A stretch of DNA of 64,000 nt from Paecilomyces variotii (GCA_004022145.1 RCNU01000018.1); one strand, 5' to 3'; shown: positions 12,471 through 26,580, counted from the stretch's first letter. Numbers and translations: made by a program. The notes: generated by a model not told the origin, from the sequence alone.

Positions 12471-13327
12471 ATGGCTGAAAATAGGCGCCCTGTGGCCTTG
12501 TTGTTTGACATTGGGGGAGTCTGCGTAAGACCATCAATCAGGAGTCGAGACACCCAAAACGCTGGACACTAATAATCTCCCAGGTAGCATCACCCTTCCA
12601 AGCTATTCTAGACTATGAGCGCGCCAACAATATTCCACTCGGGTGGGTGAATTTCAGTATCTCGCGAACTGCCCCCAATGGAAGCTGGCACAAGCTGGAG
12701 CGAGGCGAGATCAAATTGGACGCGGACTTCTTCGCGGCATTCAATCGGGATCTACGAAATCCAACACTCTGGCAGCAATTCCATGAAAGACTTCAAAAGC
12801 GAAAACAGACCGACAATAAATCGACATCGGTCCCGCCACTACCAGAGATCGATGCAGAATGGCTATTCTGGGAGATGATGCGAGTATCGCAGACACCTGA
12901 TCTCTACATTTTTCCAGCCCTGAAAAAACTCAAGGCATCCGGGCAGTTTTTGATCGGTGCACTATCGAACACGGTTATCTTTCCCGATGGCCATCCCTAT
13001 AATAACGAAAATGATCCGAATGGACTCAAAGCGCAGTTTGATTTCTTCATCTCATCCGCCCACTCTGGCCTTAGGAAGCCGGATCCCAAGATCTACGCAT
13101 TTTCATTGAAGGAGATAAACCGGGTGGCGAAGACACGCGGGATCCAGGAGGTTGCACCCGCGGATGTCGTTTTCCTGGACGATATCGGGGAGAATTTGAA
13201 GGCGGCCAAGAAGGCAGGAATAAGAACGCTGAAAGTCGTTCTGGGTAAGACTCAGGATGCGGTCAGAGAATTGGAGCAGATTACCGGTTTGAGTCTTCTA
13301 GAAAGCGAAGAGAAAGCTCGACTGTAG
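12471..13327 (+). CDS. HAD-superfamily hydrolase (epoxide hydrolase N-terminal phosphatase-like), 1 intron
   Basis: LLFDIGGVC (motif I), LSNT, SAHSGLRKPDPKIY, VFLDDIGENLKAAKKAG. Confidence 0.88.
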
Positions 13328-13696
13328 ACGAATGGGTTACAGCTTTTTACCGCAGTTATTGTAGAGATATGCGTTCATCCCCGCAGTCTTATGATTGTTC
13401 AAGCTCTCAATGCATATCTGCCATGTTCTGATGATTAGCAAAATCCATGTAATATTATTTATCTGACCTCCTGTTCTGATGAAAGTATCTCAGGAGTAGA
13501 AGTGCATTTCGGCTTACTGTACTTCCCGTGAGGCTCGTCGTCGCCGACCCCAAAGCCAGCGCAACTTTTGGATGCAGTCACGCACGCTAAGCGAATCCCG
13601 CCCACAAATTTGAACCCACGAAATTTCCCACCGTCACTTTTTCTTCAAGCAGCCAACGTCGACAATACAGGGCCGTCAACCTCGACAACCGACAAG

Positions 13697-14833
13697 ATGG
13701 TGAGTTTCACTGCCATTGTGCATCGCCAGAGTGCGATTGCAACCTCCTGAAAACCTCCTCCTCGTTGCAGGCGATGGCCTGTGGGAAAATAGATATGGGT
13801 CTCTGCAAGATGCTTCGGAGAGGGGGCTTCTGAAGCGCAAATTGCTGACTCGGATGGATTTTCTGTAGCCTTTCACCAAGCTTGTCAAGAACAGCGCGTA
13901 CTACAGGTGAGTGTCAGATCCTCGAAAAACAATTTATTTTTTGTTTCCAGCGCATTTTGCTGACTTGCCCCAAGTCGCTACCAGACCAAGTACAAGCGCC
14001 GTCGCGAGGGTAAGACCGACTACTACGCCCGTAAGCGCCTCGTCACCCAGGCCAAGAACAAGTACACCTCTCCCAAGTACCGTCTGGTCGTCCGCTTCAC
14101 CAACCGCGACATCATCACCCAGATCGTCTGGTCCGAGATCACCGGTGACAAGATCCTCGCTGCCGCCTACTCCCACGAGCTCAAGCGCTATGGTATCACC
14201 CAGGGTCTGACCAACTGGGCCGCTGCCTACGCCACTGGTCTCCTGCTCGCTCGCCGCACCCTGAAGAAGCTCAACCTCGATGAGCAGTTCACCGGTGTCG
14301 AGGAGGCTGACGGAGAGTACACTCTCACTGAGGCCATCGAGACCGACGATGGCACTCGCCGCCCCTTCAAGGCTTTCCTTGACGTTGGTCTGGCCCGTAC
14401 CTCCACTGGTGCCCGTGTCTTCGCTGCCATGAAGGGTGCCTCCGACGGTGGTATCTTCATCCCCCACTCCGAGTCCCGCTTCCCCGGTTTCGACATTGAG
14501 ACCGAGGAGCTCGACGCCGAGACCCTCCGCAAGTACATCTTCGGTGGTCACGTCGCTGAGTACATGGAGGGTCTCGCCGACGACGACGAGGAGCGCTTCA
14601 ACTCCCAGTTCGTCAAGTACATCGAGAACGACATCGATGCCGACTCCCTCGAGGAGATCTACGCCAACGCCCACAAGGCCATCCGCGAGGACCCCTTCAA
14701 GAAGGATGAGGAGGCCGGCGAGAAGAAGTCCAAGGAGGAGTGGAAGGCCGAGAGCAAGAAGTACCGCAGCGCCAAGCTGTCCCGCGAGGAGCGCAAGGCC
14801 CGCATCGAGGCCAAGATCCGCTCGCTCGCGTAA
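13697..14833 (+). CDS. rpl5: 60S ribosomal protein L5 (uL18); ATG-only first exon, 2 introns
   Basis: [35 protein letters not shown]...[14 protein letters not shown]; extreme codon bias. Confidence 0.98.
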
Positions 14834-15323
14834 ATGTGAGCTTAGGACGACAACAAAAATGTACTCACAGTTATGCTGCTGTGTCGAAAATAAATAAAAA
14901 AAGTATTCTTCAGAGATACCTGTATGCCTACGGGCAGATTTTTTCTCGTTTGGTCAAGGGTTTACGGGTTACGGGAATCAGCGTCACATTGTTTTCGGAG
15001 CATCTTAGTTCGGTTTACCAAGGGAAAGTCATTCAAACAGTTCTACCTGCTCCGAGACGGTCCATTGCAGTCTCCTTACGCATCATCCGCAGTAACGTCG
15101 TAACGCAGTACTATATCTGCCATCCAACCACACTTGTAGCAATACTCCCTCCATTTACCTACTCCGTAGTGTGCTACATAGATACTTAGCGCATGTCTCT
15201 CACCGCCCTTGCGAAGGTTGCGTTCTTTCGCACCTGGATCTCAGACCTCCTGACTTGCTATTGTTCTTAAACATCCTCTGATCTCGACCTTAAATTCATA
15301 AAATACATTGCAGAGCTTCAAGA

Positions 15324-16685
15324 ATGTATCCCGATGATGAAGCTTGCAAAAGAGCGAACACCTTGTACATTTTATGGACAAGGAACCTGCGACAGTGTTC
15401 AGCTGATCATATAGCAGCAAAGCTCGCCGCACAACATCGACAGGAGATCCCAACGAAGGCCATTCATTGCAGGGACGGAGCCTATAATCGCTGTTACAGA
15501 ATAACATTTCAAAAAGGACCAGATGCAATCGTACGGTTTCCCATCATGGGAAGAGTTGCATTGAGGAAAGAAAAGATCAACGACGAAGTGGCCGTGATGG
15601 CGTACATCGCCCAATCAACTTCTATACCCATTCCTGCAGTTCGCGGGAATGGTGTTAGTGGCTCGGGACCTTATATCGTGATGGACTTTGTTAGCGGAAA
15701 TCTGCTCAGTGATCATCTACAAGCTCCTCTTCGAGACAATCGAGAACCAGCGATCCTGGACCCTGGCATCAGTGAGCACAAGTTACGAGCTGCCTATCGT
15801 CAAATGGCATACATAATTCTAAAATTACATCGGTGTCAATTCTCTCATATTGGGTCCCTGGTTAAAGACGACCGTGGAGGCTGGTCTATTGGAACACGAC
15901 CGTTTACGCATAACATCAACGAGCTTCTTACTTATGCCAATTTCCCCCCATCGGCTATGCCCCAAGGAACGTTCTCAACTGCTACTGAATATTTTCTGTC
16001 ACTTTCTGAGATTCATATGCAACATCTGAAGACACAAAGAAACAATGCAGTTTACAATGAGGCAGACTGCAGAAGAAAGTACGTGGCGCGCTGTCTTTTC
16101 AGGAGAATTGCGCGCAATTTCTCTACTAGCTACAACAATGGTCCTTTTAGCTTATTTTGTGATGATCTACGTCCTTCTAATGTGATTGTGGACTCCAATC
16201 TTGATATCAAAGCAGTTATCGATTGGGAGTTTTGTTATGCAGCGCCAGCAGAATTTACCCATTGCTCACCGTGGTGGCTCCTCCTTGCAAATCCCGATGA
16301 CTGGCCAGGTGGTTTAAACGACTTTGCGACGCAATATATGCCACGCCACAATGTCTTTCTTGATGTTTTGCGGGAATGTGAGAGAGAATTGGCATATGAT
16401 ATTACAATCGACCATACCCTCTCAGAACGTATGCAGCAGTCGATGGATAATGGAGATTTCTGGGTTTGCCTCGCCGCAAGGTCTAGCTTTGCCTTTGATG
16501 ATATTTACTGGAATTTTATCGATCAGAGGTATTATGGGGAATTTACCACACTGGAGGATCGCGTTGAACTCCTGGAGAAAAGTGAACGGGCTGAGCTTGA
16601 TAGATTTTTCAAACAGAAAACAGAGCAAGCTGCAGAACGCAAGTTGGATCCCTATTGGACAGTGGATGAAATCATTGCCTCCTAG
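15324..16685 (+). CDS. Aminoglycoside phosphotransferase/choline kinase-like (APH family) protein, intronless
   Basis: GAYNRCYRI, AIVRFP, EVAVMAYI..TSIPIP, catalytic CDDLRPSNVIV, metal-binding VIDWEF. Confidence 0.85.
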   Translation: MYPDDEACKRANTLYILWTRNLRQCSADHIAAKLAAQHRQEIPTKAIHCRDGAYNRCYRITFQKGPDAIVRFPIMGRVALRKEKINDEVAVMAYIAQSTSIPIPAVRGNGVSGSGPYIVMDFVSGNLLSDHLQAPLRDNREPAILDPGISEHKLRAAYRQMAYIILKLHRCQFSHIGSLVKDDRGGWSIGTRPFTHNINELLTYANFPPSAMPQGTFSTATEYFLSLSEIHMQHLKTQRNNAVYNEADCRRKYVARCLFRRIARNFSTSYNNGPFSLFCDDLRPSNVIVDSNLDIKAVIDWEFCYAAPAEFTHCSPWWLLLANPDDWPGGLNDFATQYMPRHNVFLDVLRECERELAYDITIDHTLSERMQQSMDNGDFWVCLAARSSFAFDDIYWNFIDQRYYGEFTTLEDRVELLEKSERAELDRFFKQKTEQAAERKLDPYWTVDEIIAS

Positions 16686-18669
16686 GCTATTTTGTGTCTA
16701 GTTGACGTGAGAACTTTGGCCTTGAGAGGTTTGCTCTTAATTCAATATAGCTTTGCTGGTTGCTTATACTTAATTCCTTATGGGTTTGCTGCAGAAATCC
16801 CCCCCCTTTTTTTTGGCCGACCACATTGACACGACCCTACCAATGACTACTTGTATACTTCATATTTAGCTGTATCCAGTGACTATCTCTATCATGAGGA
16901 TGCGCCCCTTTCCTTGCCGCTGCTTCAAAGCTGCCGGAAGCTCCTAGAAATGGAATTAGATGGACCGCTGATGTAGATGCATAAGAAAAGCACGCAGCTA
17001 ATAATTACCGTTCAGGGGTTTATACCTGTGTATCTATAAGAGCATCATGTCTCAGATCTATATTTGATATCATCTGATGTGATTAGGCCACTGCAATAGG
17101 GTTAGTATAGGGGGGCAATAATAATAGGAGAAGATGGTTCCCTGTACCATAAGCAGAAGTATGGTATAGGGGTCAGCAGTAGCGGGGCCAGTCGACGGCA
17201 GTTAAGGCGGCAAACCGATTCGCGGGGGCAGTTAGTATTTTAGCGGAATGATAGAGGCAAAAGGTCTCGACCGAAGCCTCACTTTGCCATCCCATCCCGT
17301 GGGCCCTTTTTGCTCTATGGTATGATAGTAATGGTACATACTGTACTTCTGAGGACAGGAGGAATAATAATAACTAGTTAATAGTCGAATATTTAATTGA
17401 TCCTTCTAACTTGTTCTGTAATGCTCGATCACGCATTGGTAGTTATACTGTTTTTGAGTAACTTAGCATTTGTGTAACTTCCAAGGCGTACCCGAGGCGC
17501 ACTGAGGCTCACTGGTTCAGATATTTGGCTCAACTCAACAGGTGGTCCAAGAGTGGTTCGCTTGCAGATCCGTGGCGAGGAGGAGAATCACTCGATATTA
17601 TTATTCAGACCAGATCGATGTTAAGTTACGACCATCAGCTGACTTATGGAATTTACGGTACTGCCAGCTTCTTTCCACTCTTTCCACTCTTTCCACCACA
17701 CAGAATGACGCTGGGAACCACAGGTAAACGTCATGCTTCGCCCATCGGCGGCAACGTCGGGCCCGCAAAAGTGCAGACTAGGCAGGCGGTGTGGTGCGTG
17801 GCCTGTAAGCCAAGAGATAGCGCCCTGTAAGGGACGGTATCGGCATGGTATCGACACCGTATCGAAACGAGGCCGTTACACAGTCTCGTGCGTTCTCTTC
17901 GAGACTTTCGAGCATGCGAGATGGTCCAGTGGAAAGGAAGATAATAGAATGTGTTACTCGTATTCAGGCCTTCTAGTGCAGATCGCAGTCATGCCAGTGA
18001 CGATTCATAGGTAGGGGTAGTTAGACTACGCAAGATATCAGCATCCACGTCGTAAACGGTCTCTTCCTTGACTCTGGGCCAACACGGCCTTCCCGGCGAA
18101 TCTTGTTGCTTCTCGATCCCCGGGCGCGCCGTCTCTCGACCCGGCTGCATATACCACCTCATCGCCCTCGTCCAGCTGTCCGTAATCGTCTATCCCTAAT
18201 CATATTATTATTACAGCTTCCAACCAACTAACTAGTTCTTGTCTGCTTCTCACCGGTCTCCTACCACCATATATCCCTCCCCCACTCCACTCGCCTCCAG
18301 TCTTGAACTATGTCCGCTCTGTTCCGCCGCGCTCCGATGACGGACATGGTCATGAATCTCCGCTTGTGACGCTGCAAAAAAAAAAGAACGCTCCGCGATT
18401 CTAGCACACAGACCAATTCTTCCCTTCCCTCTTGTCTGGAGAGTGTTGCAGCAGGCATCTCACTGACTCGCACGACCTCCCACTGCACCATTTCCCTCGT
18501 CGCGTGACCTCAACCTTCACTGAGAATGCGCCTGACTGTATAGTTGAGGGCTCATTGCTCACCGCATTCCAGACACCGCATTTATATATACCCATATATA
18601 TATATACTCTCCAGACGAGGCTGTGGCCAGCTCTTCTTCTTGGCTAATACAGTCGCTTTGGACGCCAAG

Positions 18670-21600
18670 ATGGACAGTGTCGAGACGGTGGATGTGAGCT
18701 GGCTTCATCATTCGCGAAAAGGTACGGAGCTGGCTGAGTCGACGAGGCCCCGCTCCATACAGTTGGAGGCGATTCGTCCATCTTAGTTGATTGTGGTCAA
18801 TTGCTGATGCTCCTTTCATGCAGATACCCTGTCCAGAACCAAGTCAACATCGTCAGCCATTAGCGATAAATCGGGATCGAGTGTAGAGACTACGGAGACA
18901 CAGACCGCCGCGAAACCGCTTTCCTCAAATGTAAACCATCTCACGTCAGCCACCAGGAAATCATCACCGGATCAGCAATCACAGACGGTCTCTAGGTCGC
19001 AGGACGACCTGAAGGCTGGGTCCGTTGGTCAGACAGCAGGAGAGAATAAAGGCTCTACGCAGACGCCGGGTTCACAAAATGCCACTCCAAAGCCCGCTGG
19101 CAGTACGGCGCCAGTACGGCAACCCAGTAGACGCCCTTCGTGGATCTCGAATCTGAGCTCCAAGTTCTCCTCCTCTGCATCTAGCCCCCCTGCGCAGAAC
19201 AATCAAAAGGAAAACTCAACTCCTCCGAGACCTATTCCACCTACTTCGAGACTGGACTTGCCCAACCCGTTTGGTGCAGCCTATTCCCCGAAAGACAAAG
19301 AGGAGAAGAATGGAGATGGGCCAAACCCCTTTATCTCGAGCTCCCCGCGAAGCGGGTTTCTCCACAATGCTCTCCGGAAATTGTCCTCGTCAAGCACAAA
19401 CGGGTCCGGTAAGATGGCCACAAACGGTGTGGTGTGCCAGCGTCGTGTGATGAATGTGAACCAGAATCGCGACAGGTGCAGAGTTCCAGACCTGAACCAA
19501 TCGAAACTGAAGCGTGTCGCATTCTGTGTCGATGTGGAAATTGCGGGCATTTCTCGTCGAGACTCGGACGATGAGAAAGCAGACTCCCGCCCGAAGAAGG
19601 CCGACGTGAGGTCTAAGGAGAAGGGCGAGGGAGAGGCGCTGAAACACCCTCAGGCTGTTCTGCCTGAGAAAGAGAATAAGGCCGTCGCCACAGGCTCGGG
19701 GAAGGGGCCAACGCAGGAGAATGGAAGCCAGGGCGACGCTAAAACAGATGTCCCGACCAAGGAGCCGACGAGAAAACAAGAGAAGAAGAAGCGGTCAGAA
19801 GAAGAGCGCAAGGAACGTAAAGAAAGAAAACGACGACTGGCGGAGGCAAACGGCTCGATTCCCATGCAGTTGATATGGGGAGAAGACGATGATGAGAGCT
19901 CGAGTGCGCCTACGTCTGGCACCGGCCGCTCCAGAACGCAGAGTCAGCCGACTACCGATCCCGTGAGAATATATCGGCGGTGTTGTCAGCTTCGTGAAAC
20001 CCCGGTCTTGAAGAAGCTTGTTGAGCAGATTTCATCTCCTTCGTCTACCCTTGCGGAGTCTCCAGGGACCGTTGCCGTGCTAGATCTCACCGATTTCCCC
20101 ATGAGCCTCGAAGACATCATCACGTTTAGCGACTGGCTTGCAGTGGTACCGGTAAGAAAACTCATACTGGAGAATTGCGCGCTCACGGACGAAGGCGTCC
20201 GCTCGATCCTTGCCGGTCTGTTGGCCACCAAGACCGCAGAACAAGCTAGGTATCGTCGGAGGAGATCACGGAAACCCAATCTTCAGACCGATCCCAAGGA
20301 AGAGAGCTTCGGTGTGGTTGAGAAGCTGTCCTTGAAGAAGAACCCCAAGATCGGCCCAGAGGGCTGGCGGCACATCTGTCTCTTCGTACACCTGTCAAAG
20401 TCTCTCAAGGCAATTGATCTCTCCGGCATTCCGTTCCCAAGGCCCCCTGCTGCCGCTAATGGCCCGGGATCGTTGAACCGGACCGAGTACCCTGGCGCAG
20501 ATATTGGTGCCGTTTTCTCAACTGCTTTGGAGAAGCGGTTCGGGGGTAGTCATCTGGAGGAGTTGTTGCTGAGCGAATGTCGACCAGCAACTGGTGACGT
20601 TGGAAAGATCTGTGATGCTGCCGTTGCATTCGGTCTGAGGAGACTTGGTCTTGCGAATAACGAGCTGACCAGGGAAGGCCTCCAGCATGTGGTCCGCTAT
20701 CTACAGTCTGGAAAATGCGAAGGTCTCGACCTTGGTGGAAATCCTCTGGAAGATCATCTTGACCTCTTGCCATCTGCTTTCGATAGCAAACACCCTCTCT
20801 ACGCCCTCAGCTTGGCCGACTGTTCGCTCACACCACCAACTCTTGCGCCGTTGCTCCAAGCTTTTGTTCGCTTACCTAACTTCCGGTTCGTCGACCTGTC
20901 GCACAACCGTGGTCTCTTCTCGTCGCAGCCAGATGCCCTTATCATGCTGAGGCGATACTTGCCCAAGATGCCGTTGCTCAAGCGCATTCACTTGGCTGAT
21001 GTGGATCTATCTCCCGACCATGCCATCGCACTGGCTGAGATTCTGCCAGAATGCCCGAGTCTTTGCCATCTGAATATAATGGAAAACTCGCAGATCAGAA
21101 GACTTGCAGAGGCGGCCGATCCTGCCAGCCAAGAGGAGGCGTGTGCTGTGTATGCCTCGCTGATGGCTGCAGTACGTGTCTCCCGCACCATCATCGCAGT
21201 CGATATTGAAGTTCCCACTGCGGAGAGTAACGAGTTCGTCAAGGCTCTGGCGTCCCAGATCGTGGCGTACTCACTCCGGAATTTGGAACGCAGCTCTATG
21301 GAGGAGGACCTTTCTGGTTCTACGGATGCCGGGACGGAAGGCGACGTCCCTATACCAGAGATCCTGCAACATGTCGTCGGTCACCTTGATGGAGAAGAAC
21401 TGGGAGAAGAAGATGACGATCCTGCACCAGATGAGGATTATGTCATTGGAGGCACTGGTGTCGCGAAAGCTCTTGGAGTCTGTCTGGGTAACGCAGACCA
21501 TCACCATTCCGACAGTTTGGACTTTTCCGCTCCCCCCAGCGGCACCACCACGCCGAGACATCGGAAGAGCCGGTCCCGACCTCCCAAGAGGCCTCGTGAT

Positions 21601-22341
21601 ATGTCTAAGAATTTGTTGGTAGCTGCCCGCAAGATTCGTTTGCGGATCCAGTCAGCTCTGGTCCGTGAAGACCGAGCTGGTAACGACACGAACTACCGGC
21701 GTCTACAATTCCTTGATTACACATTGCAGAAAATGATCCAGCGCTTTGAATATGAATACCCTGAGACACGCGTTGCCGCGCCGCCGCCACCACCAGCTCC
21801 TCGTGAGGACACATCTTCCCAGCATTCTGACGAAATCAATGATCAAGGAATCTCTGGCGGAAGTCCTCCGTCTGGAACCAACTTCGATGACGAAACCGCC
21901 ATTGACGACGAAGATACTGAACACTACGTTATTGGAATATCACGTAGCAGCTCAAATACTTCCCTCCACTCGCGTGCCCTGACATCTGAGGAAGGTCATA
22001 TCCATCGCCTTGGCCAGAGTATCCGCCGTGACTTCCTCAAGGACTACCCTGCCGCCAACCTATCTTCGTCTCCACTCGATGATTCCCACATTGCCTCCCT
22101 GCGGGAGAAGCTTGAGCGTTTGCGTGGTGAACAGATACGCTCTCGCGTTGAAAGCGTAGGTCCGGACAAGGCTCTCGAGGAGCTGGGCTGTACCATGGAG
22201 GAGCTCTGGTTGATCCAGAAGCAGGACGCGGAGGCGTTCCAGAAATTTAAAGAGAGCCAAATCGCTGCTCAGATCAACGCCGGCATGAGGCCAAGCCCTT
22301 CTGTCGACGAAGAGGCAGTGGATAACAGCGCCATCGAGTAA
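18670..22341 (+). CDS. Mhp1/Gip3-like leucine-rich-repeat (RNI-like) protein; short first exon 18670-18721
   Basis: MDSVETVDVSWLHHS first exon, PP1-docking KRVAF motif, IYRRCCQLRETPVL, multiple LxxLxLxxNxL repeats. Confidence 0.8.
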
Positions 22342-23127
22342 CCGTGACCGTGTTGTCGTCATCGAGTTATCCACTAGCGTCGTGCCAGATCCTTCCCGAA
22401 GGCTTCTTGACATGCTCTATATACTTTCCGGTTACAACATCTCACCAGTCCATCTCGGATGGGACGCCTTTTGTACATAGTTTCCACTCCGTGTGACATG
22501 ATTTGTTTTATCTTATTTAATCTACTGGCTCTTTGCCATTGGTGTATTCTATCTGGGCGATGCCGTTACTATTTGGGCGAATCTCAATGCAAGCGATTGT
22601 GTGATACCAGACGGCAGTGGTGTGGAAGGACCATGTCGTCCCAATTTATTTTGATTAGTGCTTATTTATCTTATACAAAGTTAAGTTAGCTGACATGGTT
22701 AACTGACTAATATCTGCGCTGCTTCTTAGGTGAGCGGTTAGGGGTCTTTGGGTTGTTTTTTTCCTACCATGTATTATGCCTGTGGAAGCACAGGAAAGGC
22801 GGTAATTGTGTGTGTATTTTGGTTTAACTGGCATGTCACCGTCGCGGTGGTGTTACATATTATGTTAATGTGGAATGTAGATACGTATCTAGATATGATA
22901 TGTATACATTTGACAGGCGGGTCGCTTATGTCATAATCCGGGGTGAAACCCGGAGAAAGCAGATCGAGATAGTTAACTTGTCTGCGGGCAGAGAGAGATT
23001 CTATAGTTAATTAGTTATTACTTATGAATTATTAATGGATGTGATCTTCGCAGCGACTGGGGAATTATCATGACAACAATGTAAATTATCTCTTTATCCC
23101 TTGGCTGAGCAGACGTTCTCTCCTCAT

Positions 23128-23133
23128 CCTCGG
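23128..23133 (+). promoter_or_regulatory. FarA/FarB fatty-acid response element CCTCGG
   Basis: Exact hexamer ~180 bp upstream of a peroxisomal fatty-acid transporter ATG; short motif, could be chance. Confidence 0.4.
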
Positions 23134-23313
23134 CAGTGACTTTCTGCCTGTCGTTCACATGCCCGACAGAGACACCGCCAACCGTCTCGAACTCCCCTCC
23201 ATCTCCGAGCTGATCTCACTCAAGTCTTTCGACTGCTTACATCAAAGAATGCTCTGTGCCTTTTCTTCTGACTGGACTATCCATCACCGTCGATACGGCA
23301 CCAGCTTTCGGCC

Positions 23314-25614
23314 ATGGCAGCACAGTCCAAGCTGCTGCCCCCTGAGCGGTCCCTCCGGCACCTTCTCCGCACCGTCACGGACCTGTATCTGAAGCACCGC
23401 ACCCGGGTCTCGCGGGGACTTTATCTGGCCTTGGCACTTGCTCTTGCGAAGCGCATCCATAATGCTGTCGCAGAGCAGAAAGCCGCCTCGCAGCGTCAGG
23501 CCGAGAGGCGGGGACGACCTGGCACCAGCAGCTTGGGCGGCGATGCAGGCACCTCCAGGAAGAAGGTCGAGCTGAACCGCGAGTTTCTGCGGAACCTGCT
23601 GCGCTTATTGAAGATTGTGATACCGGGATGGAAGAGCAAAGAGCTGCGGTTGCTGGTCAGCCATAGTGTGTTCTTGGTGTTGCGGACGATGCTTAGTTTG
23701 TATGTTGCGGAGCTGGATGGACGCCTCGTCAGTAACTTGGTGCGTGGGAAAGGGAAGGATTTCCTCTTTGGTCTGGTTTGGTGGATGATGGTGGCTGTTC
23801 CTGCTACGTTTACGAACTCGATGGTAAGTCGTTGCTTGAGTCGTGGTAGTGGGTGGTGAATCGCTGACGGGGCGTGTTTTGTTTCCCTAGCTCTCGTATC
23901 ACCAATGTCGGCTGGCCCTGCAGTACAGGAAACGTCTGACTGAACATGTCCACGACAAATACCTTTCCAATATGACTTTTTACGCGATATCTGCGCTCGA
24001 TGATAGGATCAAGAATCCCGATCAGCTGATCACTGTCGATATCGCGCGCTTTTCGAACAGCTTGGCCGAGCTGTATTCCAACCTGGCCAAACCGATCTTG
24101 GACATGGTCATCTACAACTACTCTCTATCGAAGACTGTTGGTGGAGAAGGCCTCTTCCTGATGAGCTTGCTGGTGCAGGTGTCGGCTAATGTCATGCGCA
24201 TGCTGACGCCGCCGTTCGGCAAATATGTGGCAGACGAGGCACGGTTGGAGGGCGAGTTCCGCTTCCAGCATACGAGATTAATCGACTACAGCGAAGAGAT
24301 CGCGCTGTACCACGGCCACGAGGCTGAAAAGGATAACTTGGATAAGGGCTATTTCACGTTGATTAAACATGTAAACCGCATCCTACGCCGGCGGTTATAT
24401 CACGGCTTTATGGAGGACTTTGTCGTGAAATACTTCTGGGGCGCTCTGGGCCTGATTCTTTGCAGTTTCCCTGTGTTTTTCAGGATCCCTGGCCAGGTGA
24501 CTCAGACAATGGGCGATCGGACAGAAAGTAAGTGCCGCGTACTTTGCAGATCCTCGACGCAGTATCTAATGCTTGACAGGCTTCGTCACAAACCGACGCA
24601 TGCTGCTCTCCTCGTCAGACGCCTTTGGCCGTGTGATGTTCTCCTACAAGGAGATTTCGGAGCTGGCGGGACACACCGCTCGTGTCTCCTCGTTGCTGGA
24701 TGTGATGGATGATCTCACGGCCGGTCATTTCGCGAAGAAGTTGGTTTCTTCTGCATCCACAGAAGAGAATGCAGCTGTGCTGGCGGGCCGTGGAACCGTC
24801 GTCGAGAGCGACTATATCGAATTTACGGATGTCCCGATCGTCTCACCTAACGGTGATGTATTGGTGAGAAAGCTGTCTTTCACTGTCTTCCCAGGTGATC
24901 ATCTTCTTATCGTCGGACCGAACGGCTGTGGAAAATCATCCCTCTTCCGGATCCTTGGTGGCCTGTGGCCGGTCTATGGAGGCACTGTCAAGAAACCCAG
25001 CTTCGAAAACATCTTCTACATCCCTCAGCGACCCTACCTCTCGCGGGGAACTCTCCGACAGCAGGTTATCTACCCGGACACCGTGCGGGACATGCGTTCC
25101 AAGGGGGTCACCGATGCAGACCTCTTCGACATCCTGGCAACTGTCGAAATCGCTTCCGTTGTGGACCGCCCTGGTGGTTGGGAAGCCGAGGAGGAGTGGC
25201 GTGATGTTCTGTCGGGGGGACTTCAGCAGCGGATTGCCATGGCCCGGTTATTCTACCACCGACCAAAATTCGCCATCCTCGACGAGTGTACATCTTCGGT
25301 GACTCTAGAGATCGAGAAGGTGATGTATGAGACAGCCAAGAAGTTGGGCATTACCCTGATGACTGTGTCCCACCGACGGAGCCTCTGGCAGTACCACAAG
25401 AAGATCCTCCAGTTTGACGGCCAAGGAAACTATGTCTTCACCGGACTGGACTGGGAGCGCAGATTGAAGCTTGAAGAGTAGGTTTTCCCCTTTGGTCGAA
25501 AGCTATAACTAAACCTGTTACTGATTGTTTTACAGTGAGAAAGAGGAGATTGACCTGCAACTTCGAGCGGTGCCTGAATTGCAGCGACGCGTTGCCGAGC
25601 TCACTGCCGCCTGA
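23314..25614 (+). CDS. pxa2: Peroxisomal ABCD-family half transporter, 3 introns
   Basis: [16 protein letters not shown] (EAA motif), Walker [38 protein letters not shown]; pxa2 rather than pxa1 is a judgement from N-terminus and synteny. Confidence 0.85.
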
Positions 25615-26580
25615 GCTGCTACCACTCCGCAGTCTCGCTGCACCTTTTAGATGTCAACTCGCTCACACACACAAGTTCCTATAGAACACTTCTCCATGGA
25701 ATCTCATATTCCGTCTTGCTCAACAGAGCAAGACCCCAATTCGGAAATAGCCGATTGAAAATACACGACTTTCCAACCACGTCTCAACCATACACCACGC
25801 TCAACGAGGCTTATATCAGAACCGATTCGCTTCCCACACGCAAAGGGTATCGAGTCCTGGATCTATTCTTCGTCAAATCCCACGTCGAAGCATATGAAAC
25901 CAGCTTCATCAACTCCCCGGATCCTTCATCAACACGATCAATGTGTCAATGGGGAGACACAAATGTGAGAAAGAGAAACGGCCCGTTAGATCCTCTCATG
26001 AACATCTTCGCCAACGGGTCCAAACCGCCGACCACCTTTCTTCTTCAATAACAACTGTGTGGCTTTGCCGTCCAGTGTCCCGCATATAGGCACAACATCG
26101 ACCTACTAGCTACCTAGGTACCAGGATATCTTGCTGACGATATATACACCCCAAGTCTGGGAACGTCAGTATGTGTGTGATCCAACACTGAATGAAAATA
26201 TGAAAGTCATATCATCATGAACATCTATAAACGATCTACCCATGTGTCATCTATCATTCCTATACAGTTTTTACTTTTTTTGGAAATTAATGTCTTTTTA
26301 CATTCATACATCATGTATCATGTATTATGGTATCACATAGAAATGATATGATAGATGGGAACTCTTATGCTGCTTCTTTTGACTTGTTATTACTCGTGTA
26401 CTGTGTCAGAGTAAATGGAAAATTAGCAGGAAAAAAAAAAAACACTGATCCACAAGATAAACCATAAGATAAACGCTCGTAAATTATGATAAAGTAGGTA
26501 ATGTTTGGTTACTTAATAACTAACAATTCCATAAAATTCTCCCTCTGCTACCCGCTCAGGCATACCATACCAATGACGAT

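Noticed and set aside
13934-14674. 246-aa antisense ORF over rpl5
   Set aside because: By-product of strong codon bias in a highly expressed gene
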